Source: Dehalococcoidia bacterium
Lineage (GTDB): Bacteria; Chloroflexota; Dehalococcoidia; Bin125
Assembly: GCA_963662615.2 (NCBI GenBank)
Contig: CAXXSR010000001.1
Span: 1,824,001 to 1,888,000 of the forward strand
Direction: 5' to 3'
DNA: 64,000 nucleotides
Both the position numbers and the translations under genes were made by a program. The notes beneath the pieces were generated by a model that was not told the origin of the DNA, made no database searches, and saw only the letters and a program-made list of their open reading frames with translations. Below are positions 21,397-31,829 of this stretch, piece by piece; position 1 is the stretch's first letter; the number at the start of each line of letters is the position of its first letter.

Positions 21397-22710
21397 ATGC
21401 ACGACCGCCAGAGCCCCGTTTTCCCGGCGATTCGCCTGCCCCAGTTCAACGATGAAGCGCTGCCGCCCGTCGCGCTGGCAAGCCTGCGACATCCTCAAGC
21501 GCCGGCCCTCAAGGACGTCGGTCGCGCCACCGTCGCCGCGCTCGAGCAATCCCAGCGCCTCCCCGACCTGCCTGCCGGCGCCCGTGTCGCCATCACCTGC
21601 GGCAGCCGCGGGATTCAGGGCAAGCCGGCCGTCGTCAAGAGCGTCGTCGCCTGGCTCAAGCAGCGCGGCCTCCAGCCGTTCATCGTCCCCGCCATGGGCA
21701 GTCACGGCGGCGCCCGCGCCGACAGTCAGACCCAGCTCCTGGCCGCGCTCGGCTTCACCCCCGAGGCGATGGGCTGCCCCGTCGAAGCGACGATGGAGGT
21801 CGTGCAGCTCGGGACCACCTCTCTCGGAGTCCCGGTCTGGTTCGACAAATATGCCGCCGAAGCCGATGCCGTGATCGTGATCAATCGCATCAAAGCCCAT
21901 ACCTCTTTCGATCGTGAAGTCGAGAGCGGCCTCACCAAGATGGTCGCTATCGGTCTCGGCAAGGCGGAGGGCGCCCGTCTGATCCATCGTCTCGGTCCCC
22001 GTGGCTACCTCGATGTCTTGCTTGAGTGGGCGCGGATCGCGGCCCAGAACTCCCCCATCATCTTCGGCATCGGCATCGTCGAGAACGCGGACAAGGCGCC
22101 CACCATCATCGAAGGGGCCGAGCCCCCGGAGTTCGCCGAGACCGACGCCCGCCTCTTGCAGGTCGCGAAAAGCTACATCCCCACCCTGCCCTTCAAGCAG
22201 TTGGACGTGCTCGTCGTCGAGCAGCTGGGCAAGAACATCTCCGGCTCGGGCATGGACCCGGCCGTGATTGCGCGCGTCGATATCCGCGGACGGGAGAATC
22301 GTCCGGAACCGTTCATCCATAAATTGGTCGTGCTCGGCCTCACCCCGGAAACCCACGGCAACGCCCTCGGCGTGGGCGTGGCCGACTTTCTGACCAAGGA
22401 GCTGGCGGACAGTCTGGACCTCTACGCCATGTACATGAACGCACTAACTGCGACGTTCACGGAGCGCGTGCGCCTCCCGCCCGTCATGGCGGACGACAAG
22501 GCCGCAATCCAGGCCGCCGTCGGCACCTGCTGGCGCTTCGACGGCGAGAACGCGCGGCTCTGCATCATCCGCTCCACCCTGCATCTGCATCACGTCCTGC
22601 TCTCACCGTCCCTCGCCGCCGATCTCGACGGCGCCGGCGAACTCCTGGCGGACCCGCAGCCGTTGCGCTTCGACGACGACGGGCGCTTGCTCACCCGCTG
22701 CCCGGACTGA
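21397..22710 (+). CDS. Lactate racemase (LarA) N-terminal domain-like protein (DUF2088/DUF362-type)
   Basis: GSRGI, PAMGSHGG, NRIKAHT, ESGLTKM..IGLGK, GKNISGSGMD; AGGAGG RBS. Confidence 0.75.
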   Translation: MHDRQSPVFPAIRLPQFNDEALPPVALASLRHPQAPALKDVGRATVAALEQSQRLPDLPAGARVAITCGSRGIQGKPAVVKSVVAWLKQRGLQPFIVPAMGSHGGARADSQTQLLAALGFTPEAMGCPVEATMEVVQLGTTSLGVPVWFDKYAAEADAVIVINRIKAHTSFDREVESGLTKMVAIGLGKAEGARLIHRLGPRGYLDVLLEWARIAAQNSPIIFGIGIVENADKAPTIIEGAEPPEFAETDARLLQVAKSYIPTLPFKQLDVLVVEQLGKNISGSGMDPAVIARVDIRGRENRPEPFIHKLVVLGLTPETHGNALGVGVADFLTKELADSLDLYAMYMNALTATFTERVRLPPVMADDKAAIQAAVGTCWRFDGENARLCIIRSTLHLHHVLLSPSLAADLDGAGELLADPQPLRFDDDGRLLTRCPD

Positions 22711-22867
22711 CTGCGCGGCGACCCTCAATGACGTCGCCGCCCCCTCATCCGATCTCCTGACCCACGGGCGCGCGGCGAGGCGGACGACGACCAGATTGCC
22801 GCTTCAATCCGAGGTTTCCTATCTGGCAAGGCCCCTCGACCGGCGCGGATGGGGCCGCCGATCGATG

Positions 22868-22876
22868 TGTTACAAT
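22868..22876 (+). promoter_or_regulatory. Extended -10 promoter element (TG-T-TACAAT) upstream of the AOR operon
   Basis: TGTTACAAT about 55 bp before the GTG start, followed by AAGGAG RBS. Confidence 0.5.
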
Positions 22877-22931
22877 CCGGCCATTCCGACGCGCCCAGAC
22901 GCGACTGAGCGCCAAGAAAAGGAGTCGTCCC

Positions 22932-24740
22932 GTGGCATTAGGTGGATTCGCAAATCACGTCGCCCGGATCGATCTGACCAGCGGATCGGTCACGTACGAA
23001 GGCATCAACGAGGAAGATGCGCGGCTCTACATCGGCGCCCGCGGTCTCGGCGTCAAGTATGTCCTCGACAACGGTCCCAACGTCGATCCCCTCGGCCCGG
23101 AGAACCTGCTCGGCCTCGTCAACGGCCCGCTCACCGGCACCGAAGCGACGATGAGCGGCCGCCTGGCGTTCGTCACGAAGTCGCCGCTGACCGGGACCGT
23201 CACTGACAGCCACCAGGGGGGCTGGAGCGCCGCCCGCCTGCGCTGGTCCGGCTTCGACGCGCTGCTCTTCACCGGCAAGGCCGACGCTCCCGTCTACGCC
23301 TACGTGGAGAACGGCACGGTGGAACTCCGCCCCGCCGGCGATTTCTGGGGCAAGGGCATCCACGAGACCGTGCGCCTCTTCCAGGACCGCTATGGCGACG
23401 ACCTCTCCGTCATGGCCATTGGCGAGGCGGGCGAAAACCAAGTGCTCTTCGCCGCCATCATGAACGAAGACGACCGCGCCGCGGGGCGCGGCGGCACTGG
23501 CGCCGTCGCGGGATCCAAAAACCTCAAGGCCGTGGTGGTCAAGGCCAACAAGAAGGCCATGCCCAAGCCCAAGGACCGCGACAAGTGGAAGGCCGCGCAC
23601 CAGCGCGCGCTCAAGACCATCCTGGACAGCGAGGTCACCGGCCCCAACAAGGGCGGCCTCTCCCTCTACGGCACCAATGTGCTCATGAACCCGGTTAACG
23701 CCTTAGGCGGCCTCGGCGCGCGCAACTCCCAGAAGACCATGTTCGCCGGCGCCGAGAAGCTCAGCGGCGAGACGATCCGGGAGACCGTCCTCGTCGCGGA
23801 GCCCACCTGTCACGCCTGCCCCGTGGCCTGCAAGAAAGAGATCGAGATCACGGAGGGGCCATACAAGGGCCTGCGCATGGAATCGTTTGAGTACGAGCCG
23901 GCCTGGTCGATCGGCGCCAACTGCGACAACGACGACGTCGGCGTCGTCGCCAAGATCATTGACCAGTGCAACGATCACGGCATGGACGCCATTGAGATCG
24001 GCAACGTCCTCTCCATGTACATGGAAGCCACCGAGCGGCAGTTTGTCAGCGGGCCCGGACTCGCCTGGGGCGACGGTGCCGCCATGGTCGCAACCGCCGC
24101 TCTGATCGCGCGGCGCGAAGGCATCGGCAACACCCTCGCCGACGGCACCGCCCGGGGCGCCGCCGCCTTCGGCCACCCCGAGATCGGCATGGCCGTCAAG
24201 GGACAGGCCGTGGCCGCCTACGACCCCCGCGCGCTCAAGGGCGAGGGCCTCGGCTACGCCACCAGCAACCGCGGCGCCTGCCACCTGCGCGGCTACACAC
24301 CCGCATCCGAGATCCTGGGCATTCCCGTGAAGACCGACCCGCTGGAGTGGAAAGGCAAGGGCGAGCTGCTCAAGATCTTCCAGGACCTCCACGCCTTCAG
24401 TGACTCCCTGGATCTCTGCAAGTTCTCCGCCTTTTCCGAAGGCGCGGAGGAGTACGCGGCGCAATACGAAGCGATCGTGGGGATCCCGCTCAGTGCTGAC
24501 GACGTCATGGTGGCGGGCGAGCGCATCTATAACTTGGAGCGCTACTACAACAATCTGGCCGGCTTCGACGGCAGCCACGACACCCTCCCCGAGCGCTTTC
24601 TCAAGGAGCCCGGCAGCGGCCCGGCTGCGGGCTCCGTCTGCGAGCTGGACCTGATGAAAGCCGAGTACTACGCCGCGCGCGGCTGGGACGACGGCGTGGT
24701 GCCGGAGGCGAAGCTGCGCGAACTCCAGATCGTCCGCTGA
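22932..24740 (+). CDS. aor: Aldehyde:ferredoxin oxidoreductase (W/Mo bis-pterin AOR family)
   Basis: TKSPLTG, AGRGGTGAVAGSKNLKA, CHACPVAC 4Fe-4S motif, EYE, DSLDLC, YYAARGWD. Confidence 0.93.
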   Translation: MALGGFANHVARIDLTSGSVTYEGINEEDARLYIGARGLGVKYVLDNGPNVDPLGPENLLGLVNGPLTGTEATMSGRLAFVTKSPLTGTVTDSHQGGWSAARLRWSGFDALLFTGKADAPVYAYVENGTVELRPAGDFWGKGIHETVRLFQDRYGDDLSVMAIGEAGENQVLFAAIMNEDDRAAGRGGTGAVAGSKNLKAVVVKANKKAMPKPKDRDKWKAAHQRALKTILDSEVTGPNKGGLSLYGTNVLMNPVNALGGLGARNSQKTMFAGAEKLSGETIRETVLVAEPTCHACPVACKKEIEITEGPYKGLRMESFEYEPAWSIGANCDNDDVGVVAKIIDQCNDHGMDAIEIGNVLSMYMEATERQFVSGPGLAWGDGAAMVATAALIARREGIGNTLADGTARGAAAFGHPEIGMAVKGQAVAAYDPRALKGEGLGYATSNRGACHLRGYTPASEILGIPVKTDPLEWKGKGELLKIFQDLHAFSDSLDLCKFSAFSEGAEEYAAQYEAIVGIPLSADDVMVAGERIYNLERYYNNLAGFDGSHDTLPERFLKEPGSGPAAGSVCELDLMKAEYYAARGWDDGVVPEAKLRELQIVR

Positions 24741-24753
24741 TCGGGGCCGCACC

Positions 24754-25032
24754 ATGCAAGTGCGCGTCTACGCGACGCTGCGCCCGCTCGTCGGCGGGCG
24801 CAGCGTGGATCTGGATGACGGCTGCGCCACAGCGGGGGACGTGATCAAGGAGTTGATCGGTCGTTTCCCGGCCCTCTCGGACCGGCTCCTCGACCCCCAC
24901 GGCGCCGTGCGACCCTATGTCGCGATCATGGTGGACGGCCGCGACATTCGCCACGTCGGCGGATTGCAGACGGCGGTGGGACCGGACAGCGAACTGGACA
25001 TCTTCCCCCCGGTCGCGGGTGGGAAGCGGTGA
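24754..25032 (+). CDS. MoaD/ThiS family ubiquitin-like sulfur carrier
   Basis: VRVYATLR and IFPPVAGG with a 2-residue KR extension; directly after aor. Confidence 0.9.
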   Translation: MQVRVYATLRPLVGGRSVDLDDGCATAGDVIKELIGRFPALSDRLLDPHGAVRPYVAIMVDGRDIRHVGGLQTAVGPDSELDIFPPVAGGKR

Positions 25033-25298
25033 CCACCGCTTCCCTGTCGATCCGTGGCCTGCCTGAATGGTTGATCCGCGACTACCTCGCGGCGATGGGC
25101 GCGGAGCCCTCGCCCGACGGCGATGCGCCCCGCATGGTCGCGCCGACGTGGTCTGTCTCCTGGGGCCGGCAAATGGTGCAGATCGCCGGGGGCGGCCTCC
25201 AGCTGACCCAGTTCGACATGGAATTCCGCGGCGACGCCGCCGCCGTGGCGGAGGCGAGCGAGGCCTTTCTCAAGAAGGCACAGCGCGGCGGCGGCTAG
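25029..25298 (+). CDS. Small AOR-associated protein (DUF1952-like), C-terminal RGGG
   Basis: GTGA overlap with the MoaD-like gene; RGLPEWLIRDYL...QRGGG. Confidence 0.7.
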   Translation: MTTASLSIRGLPEWLIRDYLAAMGAEPSPDGDAPRMVAPTWSVSWGRQMVQIAGGGLQLTQFDMEFRGDAAAVAEASEAFLKKAQRGGG

Positions 25299-25678
25299 TG
25301 GGAGGATCCACTGCGGGCGCTGACGACGCGTGGCCCTCCCCTCCTGCGGCATATCGCTTCCTGCGGCATGGTGAGAAGCCGGCGCAGCGGCAAGAAGAGA
25401 TCGCCGGGGGCCTCGCTCAAGCGCGCCTGACCCCCTGCCCCGCTGACCCACCGCCCCGCCACGCTGCCGAACGAAGGCTCGTGCCTCCCGCTCGCCGCGT
25501 TAGCACTCGCGCGCCCCCAGCGTAGGGACGGCTGACTTCGCCCTTTGGGCAATTCCCTGATTCAGCTCGCACAGCCTCTTCGTACGATACGGATGGCTTC
25601 TTGCAAAAGAGCCATCCTGCAATCTGGTCCCGTCGGGACCACAAGGCAGCCTCGGGGCGAGGAAGGGGTCGGGACCTC

Positions 25679-26455
25679 GTGACAGTCCGCACCGCAGAGG
25701 CGGCGCATGGCACGGATGGCGGCCAGTTCGTCGTCACGCGACTGGGCAACGAATCCTACGCCATCGCCATCACCGCCGTTCGCGAGATCGTCCGTATGCA
25801 GCGGATGACTGAGATCCCGCTGATCGACGACTCCTTCGTGGGATTAACGAAGCTCCGCGAAACGGTGATTCCGGTCGCCGAGCTGCGGCGATCCTTGGGT
25901 CTGCAGGCTGGCGACACGACGGCCGAAACGCGCATCGTCGTCGTCGATGCCCACGGCCGCCCCATCGGCTTCGTCGTAGACGCCGTCACCGGGGTCATCT
26001 CCGCGCCCGCGGGATCCATTGAACCGTTGGCGAGCACCGTCAGCGATCTTGACTCGGCCCCGCTCGAGGGTGTCCTCAACCTGAACGATCAGCTGATCCT
26101 CCTGGTCGACATCGAGAAGCTCGTCGGTGGGATGCTCGGCGCCATGGCGCCCGACTCGCTCTCCGCCCCCCAGCCCGCGACAGCCCTGCCAACGACAGCC
26201 CCTGCGGCCGCGCCGGACCCCGCCGGCGACGACAGCGCTCTCTGCGACGCCTGCGCTGCCACCGGCCTCGCGGACGGGCAGCCATGTCCGGCCTGCGCCG
26301 GGACCGGTCTCGCCGCCGGCCCTGCCGGCCCCGCCAATGCTGCGGAGGAGGACCCTGAGGCGGCGCGGCTGTGCGAACAGTGCCACGCCATGGGCATCAC
26401 CAGCAGCGGCAAAGACTGCCCGCGCTGCTCTGGAAGCGGACTCGTCGCCGCCTGA
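25679..26455 (+). CDS. CheW-like protein with two C-terminal CxxCxxxG zinc-finger pairs
   Basis: YAIAITAVREIV, GLTKLRETVIPV, IGFVVDAVTGV, LILLVDIEKL, then CDAC..CPAC and CEQC..CPRC. Confidence 0.85.
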   Translation: MTVRTAEAAHGTDGGQFVVTRLGNESYAIAITAVREIVRMQRMTEIPLIDDSFVGLTKLRETVIPVAELRRSLGLQAGDTTAETRIVVVDAHGRPIGFVVDAVTGVISAPAGSIEPLASTVSDLDSAPLEGVLNLNDQLILLVDIEKLVGGMLGAMAPDSLSAPQPATALPTTAPAAAPDPAGDDSALCDACAATGLADGQPCPACAGTGLAAGPAGPANAAEEDPEAARLCEQCHAMGITSSGKDCPRCSGSGLVAA

Positions 26456-26776
26456 CCATCTCCTCGGCGCCCATCTCCTCGGCGCTGGTCCGCCGCTCCG
26501 TCGCGGCCCCTCTCCTTCTTCGTCTGACGGTGCCTGAGCAGTCGCCTGCGGTCTGGACCACAAATCGCGGGCCGGCCCATCCCTGCCGCCTGAACGAGTG
26601 CGCGCACGACACCCCCGCGGCGACGCCTGGCGCCGGGTCCGCCTAGACTGCGGCCATCACCAACGCACCCTGAATGCAGGGCGCACACACCGCCGGCAAT
26701 GCCGGGAGGGGCGCATCGAACCCCTGGTCCCAGGTCAATTCCCTGCCTGATCGGCTTGCAGAACTCGGGGGAGCCC

Positions 26777-27550
26777 ATGCCAGATCGCTTCACAGGCAAG
26801 GTCGCGGTCATCACCGGGGCGGCGGGAGGCATCGGTCGTGCCGCCGCCGTGCGTCTCGCCGCCGAGGGCGCGCGGGTCGTCGCAGTGGATCTCGCTGACA
26901 CGGCGCTGGACGAAGTCGTGGCCGCGGTTGAGCAGGCAGGGAGTGAGGGCAGAGCGGTCGTCGCCGACGTTCGCGAATCGGCCGATGTGGCCCGCTACGT
27001 CCGCGAGGCTGAATCGGCCTTCGGCGGCGTGCACATCTTCTTCAACAATGCGGGGATTAACGGCGCCGCGGGGACCTCCCTCGTCGACTATCCGGAGGAG
27101 ACGTTCGACCAGGTGCTGGCGGTGAACGTCAAAGGCGTCTGGTTGGGCATGAAGCACGTCGTCCCCGCCATGCGACGGCACGGCGGCGGCGTCATCGTCA
27201 ACACCGCCTCCGTGGCTGGACTCCGAGCCTCGCCCAACATCGCCTACGGCGCCAGCAAACATGCCGTGATCGGCATGACCCGCACCGCCGCACAACAGCT
27301 CGCGCCGGACGCGATCCGCGTCAACGCGATCTGCCCCGGCCCCATTGACACCGAGATGATGCGATTCGTCCAGCGTAGCGGCAACCCGGATAGTCCGGAT
27401 CAGGTGGAGCAGGAGTTCAAAGCACGCACGCTGTTCGGCCGCTACGGCACTGCCGCCGAGGTCGCCGCGCTCGTGGCCTTCCTCGCCAGCGACGACGCAT
27501 CCTACATCACCGGCGGCATCTACACCGTGGACGCCGGCTGGACGTTGTGA
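26777..27550 (+). CDS. SDR family oxidoreductase
   Basis: TGAAGGIG, NNAG, YGASK, NAICPG. Confidence 0.92.
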   Translation: MPDRFTGKVAVITGAAGGIGRAAAVRLAAEGARVVAVDLADTALDEVVAAVEQAGSEGRAVVADVRESADVARYVREAESAFGGVHIFFNNAGINGAAGTSLVDYPEETFDQVLAVNVKGVWLGMKHVVPAMRRHGGGVIVNTASVAGLRASPNIAYGASKHAVIGMTRTAAQQLAPDAIRVNAICPGPIDTEMMRFVQRSGNPDSPDQVEQEFKARTLFGRYGTAAEVAALVAFLASDDASYITGGIYTVDAGWTL

Positions 27551-27632
27551 GTCGATGATCGAAGAGCATACGTCTTGAGTCGGCCCGGCCGCGCCGACAG
27601 TGCGATCGATGACCGTCTCTAAATGACCGTCG

Positions 27633-30056
27633 CTAAACGCCCAGGGCTCCGAAGCACGCCGCCATGATGCTGGAAGCGTCAATGCCGTATTCGCGGTACA
27701 GCTCCCGCGGGCTTCCCGACTGGCCGAACTCCGTGACCCCCAGCGCGAACGCCCGGGTGTTCAGCGCCCCGCCCAGCCACGCCAGCGTGTGGGGGTGGCC
27801 ATCGATCACCGTCACCACCGGCGCCGCCCGCTCCTCCGGACGCACGACCTCTGACAAGAAATCGAGCGTCGTGCTCGTGCCGTCGATCACCGCCCGCAGC
27901 TGCTCCTGGTACCGCCCGTAGAGCGGGCCCGGTCCGGTGACGTTGATCACATTCGCCAGAATCCCTTCACCCTCCAGCCCCTCCGCCGCCGCAACGGCTT
28001 CTGGGACCAGGGCGCCGCAAGCGAAGATATGGACCGCGTTGTCTCCGGGGCGGTAGTCGGGCGCTCCGCTCCGGTCCACAAGCCGGTAGGCTCCTGCCAA
28101 CACCTGCTCCCGACGCCGCGCCAGCTCCGCCGGCTCTTCCGGCCGCATGAACAGGCCCTGGTCCACCGTCTTGGTGGTCAACCGCAGGTAGGTGGACGCC
28201 TGCCGCAACCGGATCTGCTCCAGCGCCGCCAGCAGCACCCATTCCAGCTCCTGTCCAAAGCACGGCTCGTAATACGCCACGTCCGGAAGCTCGATCCCGA
28301 TCGACGGCGTGATCACCGACTGGTGGGCGCCGCCCTCGGGGCCCAGCGTGATCCCCGACGGCGTGCCCACGAAGATGAACCGCCCGCCCGAATACACGCT
28401 GTAAAAGAGCGCGTCCAGACCCCGTCGCACAAACGGATCGTAGAGCGTGCCGATCGGGAAGAGGGTCTCGCCCAGCAGCTCCTGCGAGAGACCGAGTTGA
28501 CCGAGCATCATAAAGAGGTCGTTCTCGGAGATCCCCAGCTCAATGTGCTGGCCGCGCGGGCTCTCATCCCACTTCAGGGCATGTCGTTCGCCCTCATCCG
28601 GGAGCGGCGTGACCTCGCGACGGCCCCAGACGCCGACCCGGTTAATCCACCCCCCCAAGTTCGTTGAGCTGGCGACGTCCGGACTGACGGTTACCAGCCG
28701 CTCCGACAGCTCGGGGTGCCGGCGAGAGATCTCGGCAAGAATCCGCCCGAAGATCTGCTGCGTCGACACGTGGCCCTGGTAGCTCCGCTCAAACCCGCTG
28801 GGCACGGCAACCGTCGTGCCGGCGGATGGGGCTCGCTGCGAGCCGGCGCGACTCGATGTCGGCGCCGCCTCACCCAAGCGCTGGCGCACCTCCCCACAGA
28901 GCCTTCCCTCGGGAGCGTCCGGATCCAGACCCGCCCAGCTCTGCTCCAGCGAGATCCCAAGCGCAGTCCGCAGACCCTCCATCTGCTCGTCCGAGAGGTT
29001 GACCGAATGATTTTCCGGGTCTCCCACCAAAGGCAGCCGCCAGCCCTTCAGGGTGTAGGCGAACACCACCGCCGGGCCTTCGGCGAGGTCGGCCTTGCCC
29101 AGGGCCTCGCGCAGCATCGCGAAGTCGTGGCCGCCCAGGTTGCGGAAAAGCTCCTGCAGCTCCCCGTCGTCCCACCGACTGATGAAGCGCCGCAGCTCGT
29201 CGGGATCCGGGCTGGCACCGGGCAGCCACTCGCGCAGGTGCGCCGGGGAGACCCGCAGCAGGCGCTGGTACAGCTCGTTGGACATCTCGTCGATGCTGCG
29301 ACGGAGGATCGCACCGCCGCTCTCCTCGAACGCCGCCTGCAGGCGCTTGCCGTACTTGGCGTCCACCACGGTCCAGCCGTTCGCGGCGAACATCTCTCTC
29401 CAGACCCGGACCCGGATGCCGGGGATGATCCGGTCCAGGCTCTGTCGGTTGAGATCCACCACCCACAGCACGTTGCCGAGGTCGCTCATCGCCGGCTCTG
29501 CGATCGCCTCCCAGATCGAGCCCTCGTCCAGCTCCGCGTCGCCCACCACGCTGATGTACCGACGCCGCGGGCCGTTCGCGCCCGTTGGCGCGGCGGACTC
29601 GAAATGCAACCGCACATACTCCTCCACCAGCGCCGCGAAGTTCGGCGCCACCGCCCCCAGGCCCACCGAGCCCGTCGAAAAGTCCACGCCGTCGGGATCC
29701 TTGGTCCGGCTCGGGTACGCCTGCAGCCCCTTGAACGATCGCAGCGTCTTGAGATAGTCCCCATCCAGACGGCCCAGGAGGAACTGGATGGCGTGAAAGA
29801 CCGGGGAGGCGTGGGGCTTGACCGAGATGCGGTCGCCCGCCCGCATGAAGTCAAAGTAGAGCGAGGTCATGATCGTGGCCACGGACGCACTGGAGGCCTG
29901 GTGGCCGCCAACCTTCAGGTCGTCGTCATGCGGACGAACCTGGTTCGCGTAGTGGACCGTCTGCATCGCGAGCCAGAGCACTCGCTCCTGGATCGCCTCA
30001 AGAGCCTGGTCGCGCTCGCTCAGCGCTTCCGCCTGCTTCGTATCGCTGACTGCCAT
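27633..30056 (-). CDS. Homodimeric 2-oxoacid (pyruvate) dehydrogenase E1-like / transketolase-like ThDP enzyme
   Basis: KVGGHQASSAS, STGSVGLG, GDAELDEG...NRQSLD ThDP motif, EGGAHQS, FGQSG. Confidence 0.88.
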   Translation of the reverse strand: MAVSDTKQAEALSERDQALEAIQERVLWLAMQTVHYANQVRPHDDDLKVGGHQASSASVATIMTSLYFDFMRAGDRISVKPHASPVFHAIQFLLGRLDGDYLKTLRSFKGLQAYPSRTKDPDGVDFSTGSVGLGAVAPNFAALVEEYVRLHFESAAPTGANGPRRRYISVVGDAELDEGSIWEAIAEPAMSDLGNVLWVVDLNRQSLDRIIPGIRVRVWREMFAANGWTVVDAKYGKRLQAAFEESGGAILRRSIDEMSNELYQRLLRVSPAHLREWLPGASPDPDELRRFISRWDDGELQELFRNLGGHDFAMLREALGKADLAEGPAVVFAYTLKGWRLPLVGDPENHSVNLSDEQMEGLRTALGISLEQSWAGLDPDAPEGRLCGEVRQRLGEAAPTSSRAGSQRAPSAGTTVAVPSGFERSYQGHVSTQQIFGRILAEISRRHPELSERLVTVSPDVASSTNLGGWINRVGVWGRREVTPLPDEGERHALKWDESPRGQHIELGISENDLFMMLGQLGLSQELLGETLFPIGTLYDPFVRRGLDALFYSVYSGGRFIFVGTPSGITLGPEGGAHQSVITPSIGIELPDVAYYEPCFGQELEWVLLAALEQIRLRQASTYLRLTTKTVDQGLFMRPEEPAELARRREQVLAGAYRLVDRSGAPDYRPGDNAVHIFACGALVPEAVAAAEGLEGEGILANVINVTGPGPLYGRYQEQLRAVIDGTSTTLDFLSEVVRPEERAAPVVTVIDGHPHTLAWLGGALNTRAFALGVTEFGQSGSPRELYREYGIDASSIMAACFGALGV

Positions 30057-30126
30057 CGCTCGCCTCGACCCGCGCCGGCGCGACACCGGCGCGCGACCGC
30101 CGATCCGCCTAACCGGGCCTCGCCGG

Positions 30127-31521
30127 CTACGAAACTGCGACCGTCTCTTCGACTTCCAGGTCCGGCGCGACGTCCGGGTTCACTTTGAGGCCGCCGCAGG
30201 CCGCCGCCAGCTGCGGCATGCAATCGGCCGCGAACATCCGCATCTGCTCCTCGGTCTCCTCACCGCTGTAGCCGATCTGCTCGAACCAGGCGGTGAAGAA
30301 GAAGTCGTCGTAGCCCACGCTCTCCTTGAGCCTGAGGATCTTCTCCACGACCTCGTCCGCGCTGCCCACCAGCACCACTTCTTTCTCAATCGTGAGGTCA
30401 GCGGTGACCTTCATGTCCGGCGGGAAGGGCGGCTCGTCCGCGTCGGCGAGGATCGCGCCGAAGCCGAAGGGCGAGAAGAACGGCCACGCGGTCTCCAGCG
30501 CCTCCTTGTACCGTTGCAGGTCCGCCTTCTCCTTGCCCGGCGGGAGGATGTGCACGGAGCGGGCCGGAGCGAAGCCGCGCCCCTTCTCCGAATCCCAACC
30601 GAACTTGAACGGCCCCTTGCGGTTCAGGCGGTCGGGCCAGCCGTGCTTGTCGAGCTGCTCGTAGTAGCGCTCCACGTTCACCTTCAGCCGCGAATTGGGC
30701 TCTGGATTCGTGTAGCAGTTCAGTCCCTTGGCCGCCGCCCAGTCGATCGAGCGGGCGCTGGTCACGGGCTGCCAGATCTGCGGGTGCGGCTTCTGCAGCG
30801 GCTGCGGGTAGACGCTGATCTCCCTCAGCGTCGTCGTGCTAGCGTAGATCGGCGCGCCCATCGAGTACATGTCCGGTGGCCCCACGTTGAGCACGTCGTC
30901 CACGCTGCGCTCCACCTGGGGCTGGTTGAAGTAGGCCATCGTCTGGCTGTGGTTCCACTTGGTGTAGGTCGGCGGCAATGTGAAGAACTGGCCCTGGTGC
31001 GAGAAGGACGGCTCCGTCCAGGCCTTGACGATGATCTCGTAGACTTCCTCAAAGAAGGCGCGATTGCGCTCCTGGTCCTGGATCGTCGCGCCCATCTGAC
31101 CGCCTAAGGTCTCCGTCTCGCGCGACTGATAGCCGCGCCCGACCCCGAACTCCACGCGGCCGCCGCTGAGCACATCCAGCATGGCCGCCTGTTCCGCCAA
31201 TCGGATCGGATGCCACCAGGTCAGGATGTTGGCCATCTGCCCCAGGCGAATGCGGCTGGTCCGGGCCGCGATCGCCATCTCCGTCACCAGTGGGTTGGGG
31301 CTGAACTCCACGCCCTCCGGCTGCATGTGATGCTCCGTCATCAAGAAGTAGTTGAACCCCAGCTTCTCGGCCAGGACCCCCTGCCGGACCTGATTGACCA
31401 CCTCCCGCTGGTAGCTCTCGTGCGTCTCCGCCAGCGTCCCGGCGATCACCCGGATCCCTTCCGGCGCCTCCCTGTTGGGCAGGTCCACCGCCCCGTTCTG
31501 CAAACAGGCCAATTCCAGCAC
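30127..31521 (-). CDS. Long-type LLM class flavin-dependent oxidoreductase (paralog of 53521-54912)
   Basis: MTEHH, WWHPIRLAEQAAMLD, PQPLQKPHP; GGAGG RBS before GTG. Confidence 0.9.
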   Translation of the reverse strand: MLELACLQNGAVDLPNREAPEGIRVIAGTLAETHESYQREVVNQVRQGVLAEKLGFNYFLMTEHHMQPEGVEFSPNPLVTEMAIAARTSRIRLGQMANILTWWHPIRLAEQAAMLDVLSGGRVEFGVGRGYQSRETETLGGQMGATIQDQERNRAFFEEVYEIIVKAWTEPSFSHQGQFFTLPPTYTKWNHSQTMAYFNQPQVERSVDDVLNVGPPDMYSMGAPIYASTTTLREISVYPQPLQKPHPQIWQPVTSARSIDWAAAKGLNCYTNPEPNSRLKVNVERYYEQLDKHGWPDRLNRKGPFKFGWDSEKGRGFAPARSVHILPPGKEKADLQRYKEALETAWPFFSPFGFGAILADADEPPFPPDMKVTADLTIEKEVVLVGSADEVVEKILRLKESVGYDDFFFTAWFEQIGYSGEETEEQMRMFAADCMPQLAAACGGLKVNPDVAPDLEVEETVAVS

Positions 31522-31829
31522 GCCGTCCTCCCTCCGTCGGCTTCGCCCCGCCCACGTCCACGCCCCGCGACCCTCACCCTTCGGCGTTCGCCGCGACGCC
31601 CGCGCAGGCTTCAGGGCTCCTGACGAGATACTAACCGCCGACTCCACGTTCCCGCCTCCACCACCGGCATTGGCCACCGGATCGGGCGCGACCCGCATCG
31701 GGCGCAACCGTGAAGCCGTGCGCGCCGCGCACAAGGAGCCCGCTCTCCCCTGCGACCCTTCCTTGACGGTTCCAGAGCCCGCCCCATAGCATTTCGCGCG
31801 AGACAGTCGGCCGGCCAAGGAGTGCTCCG

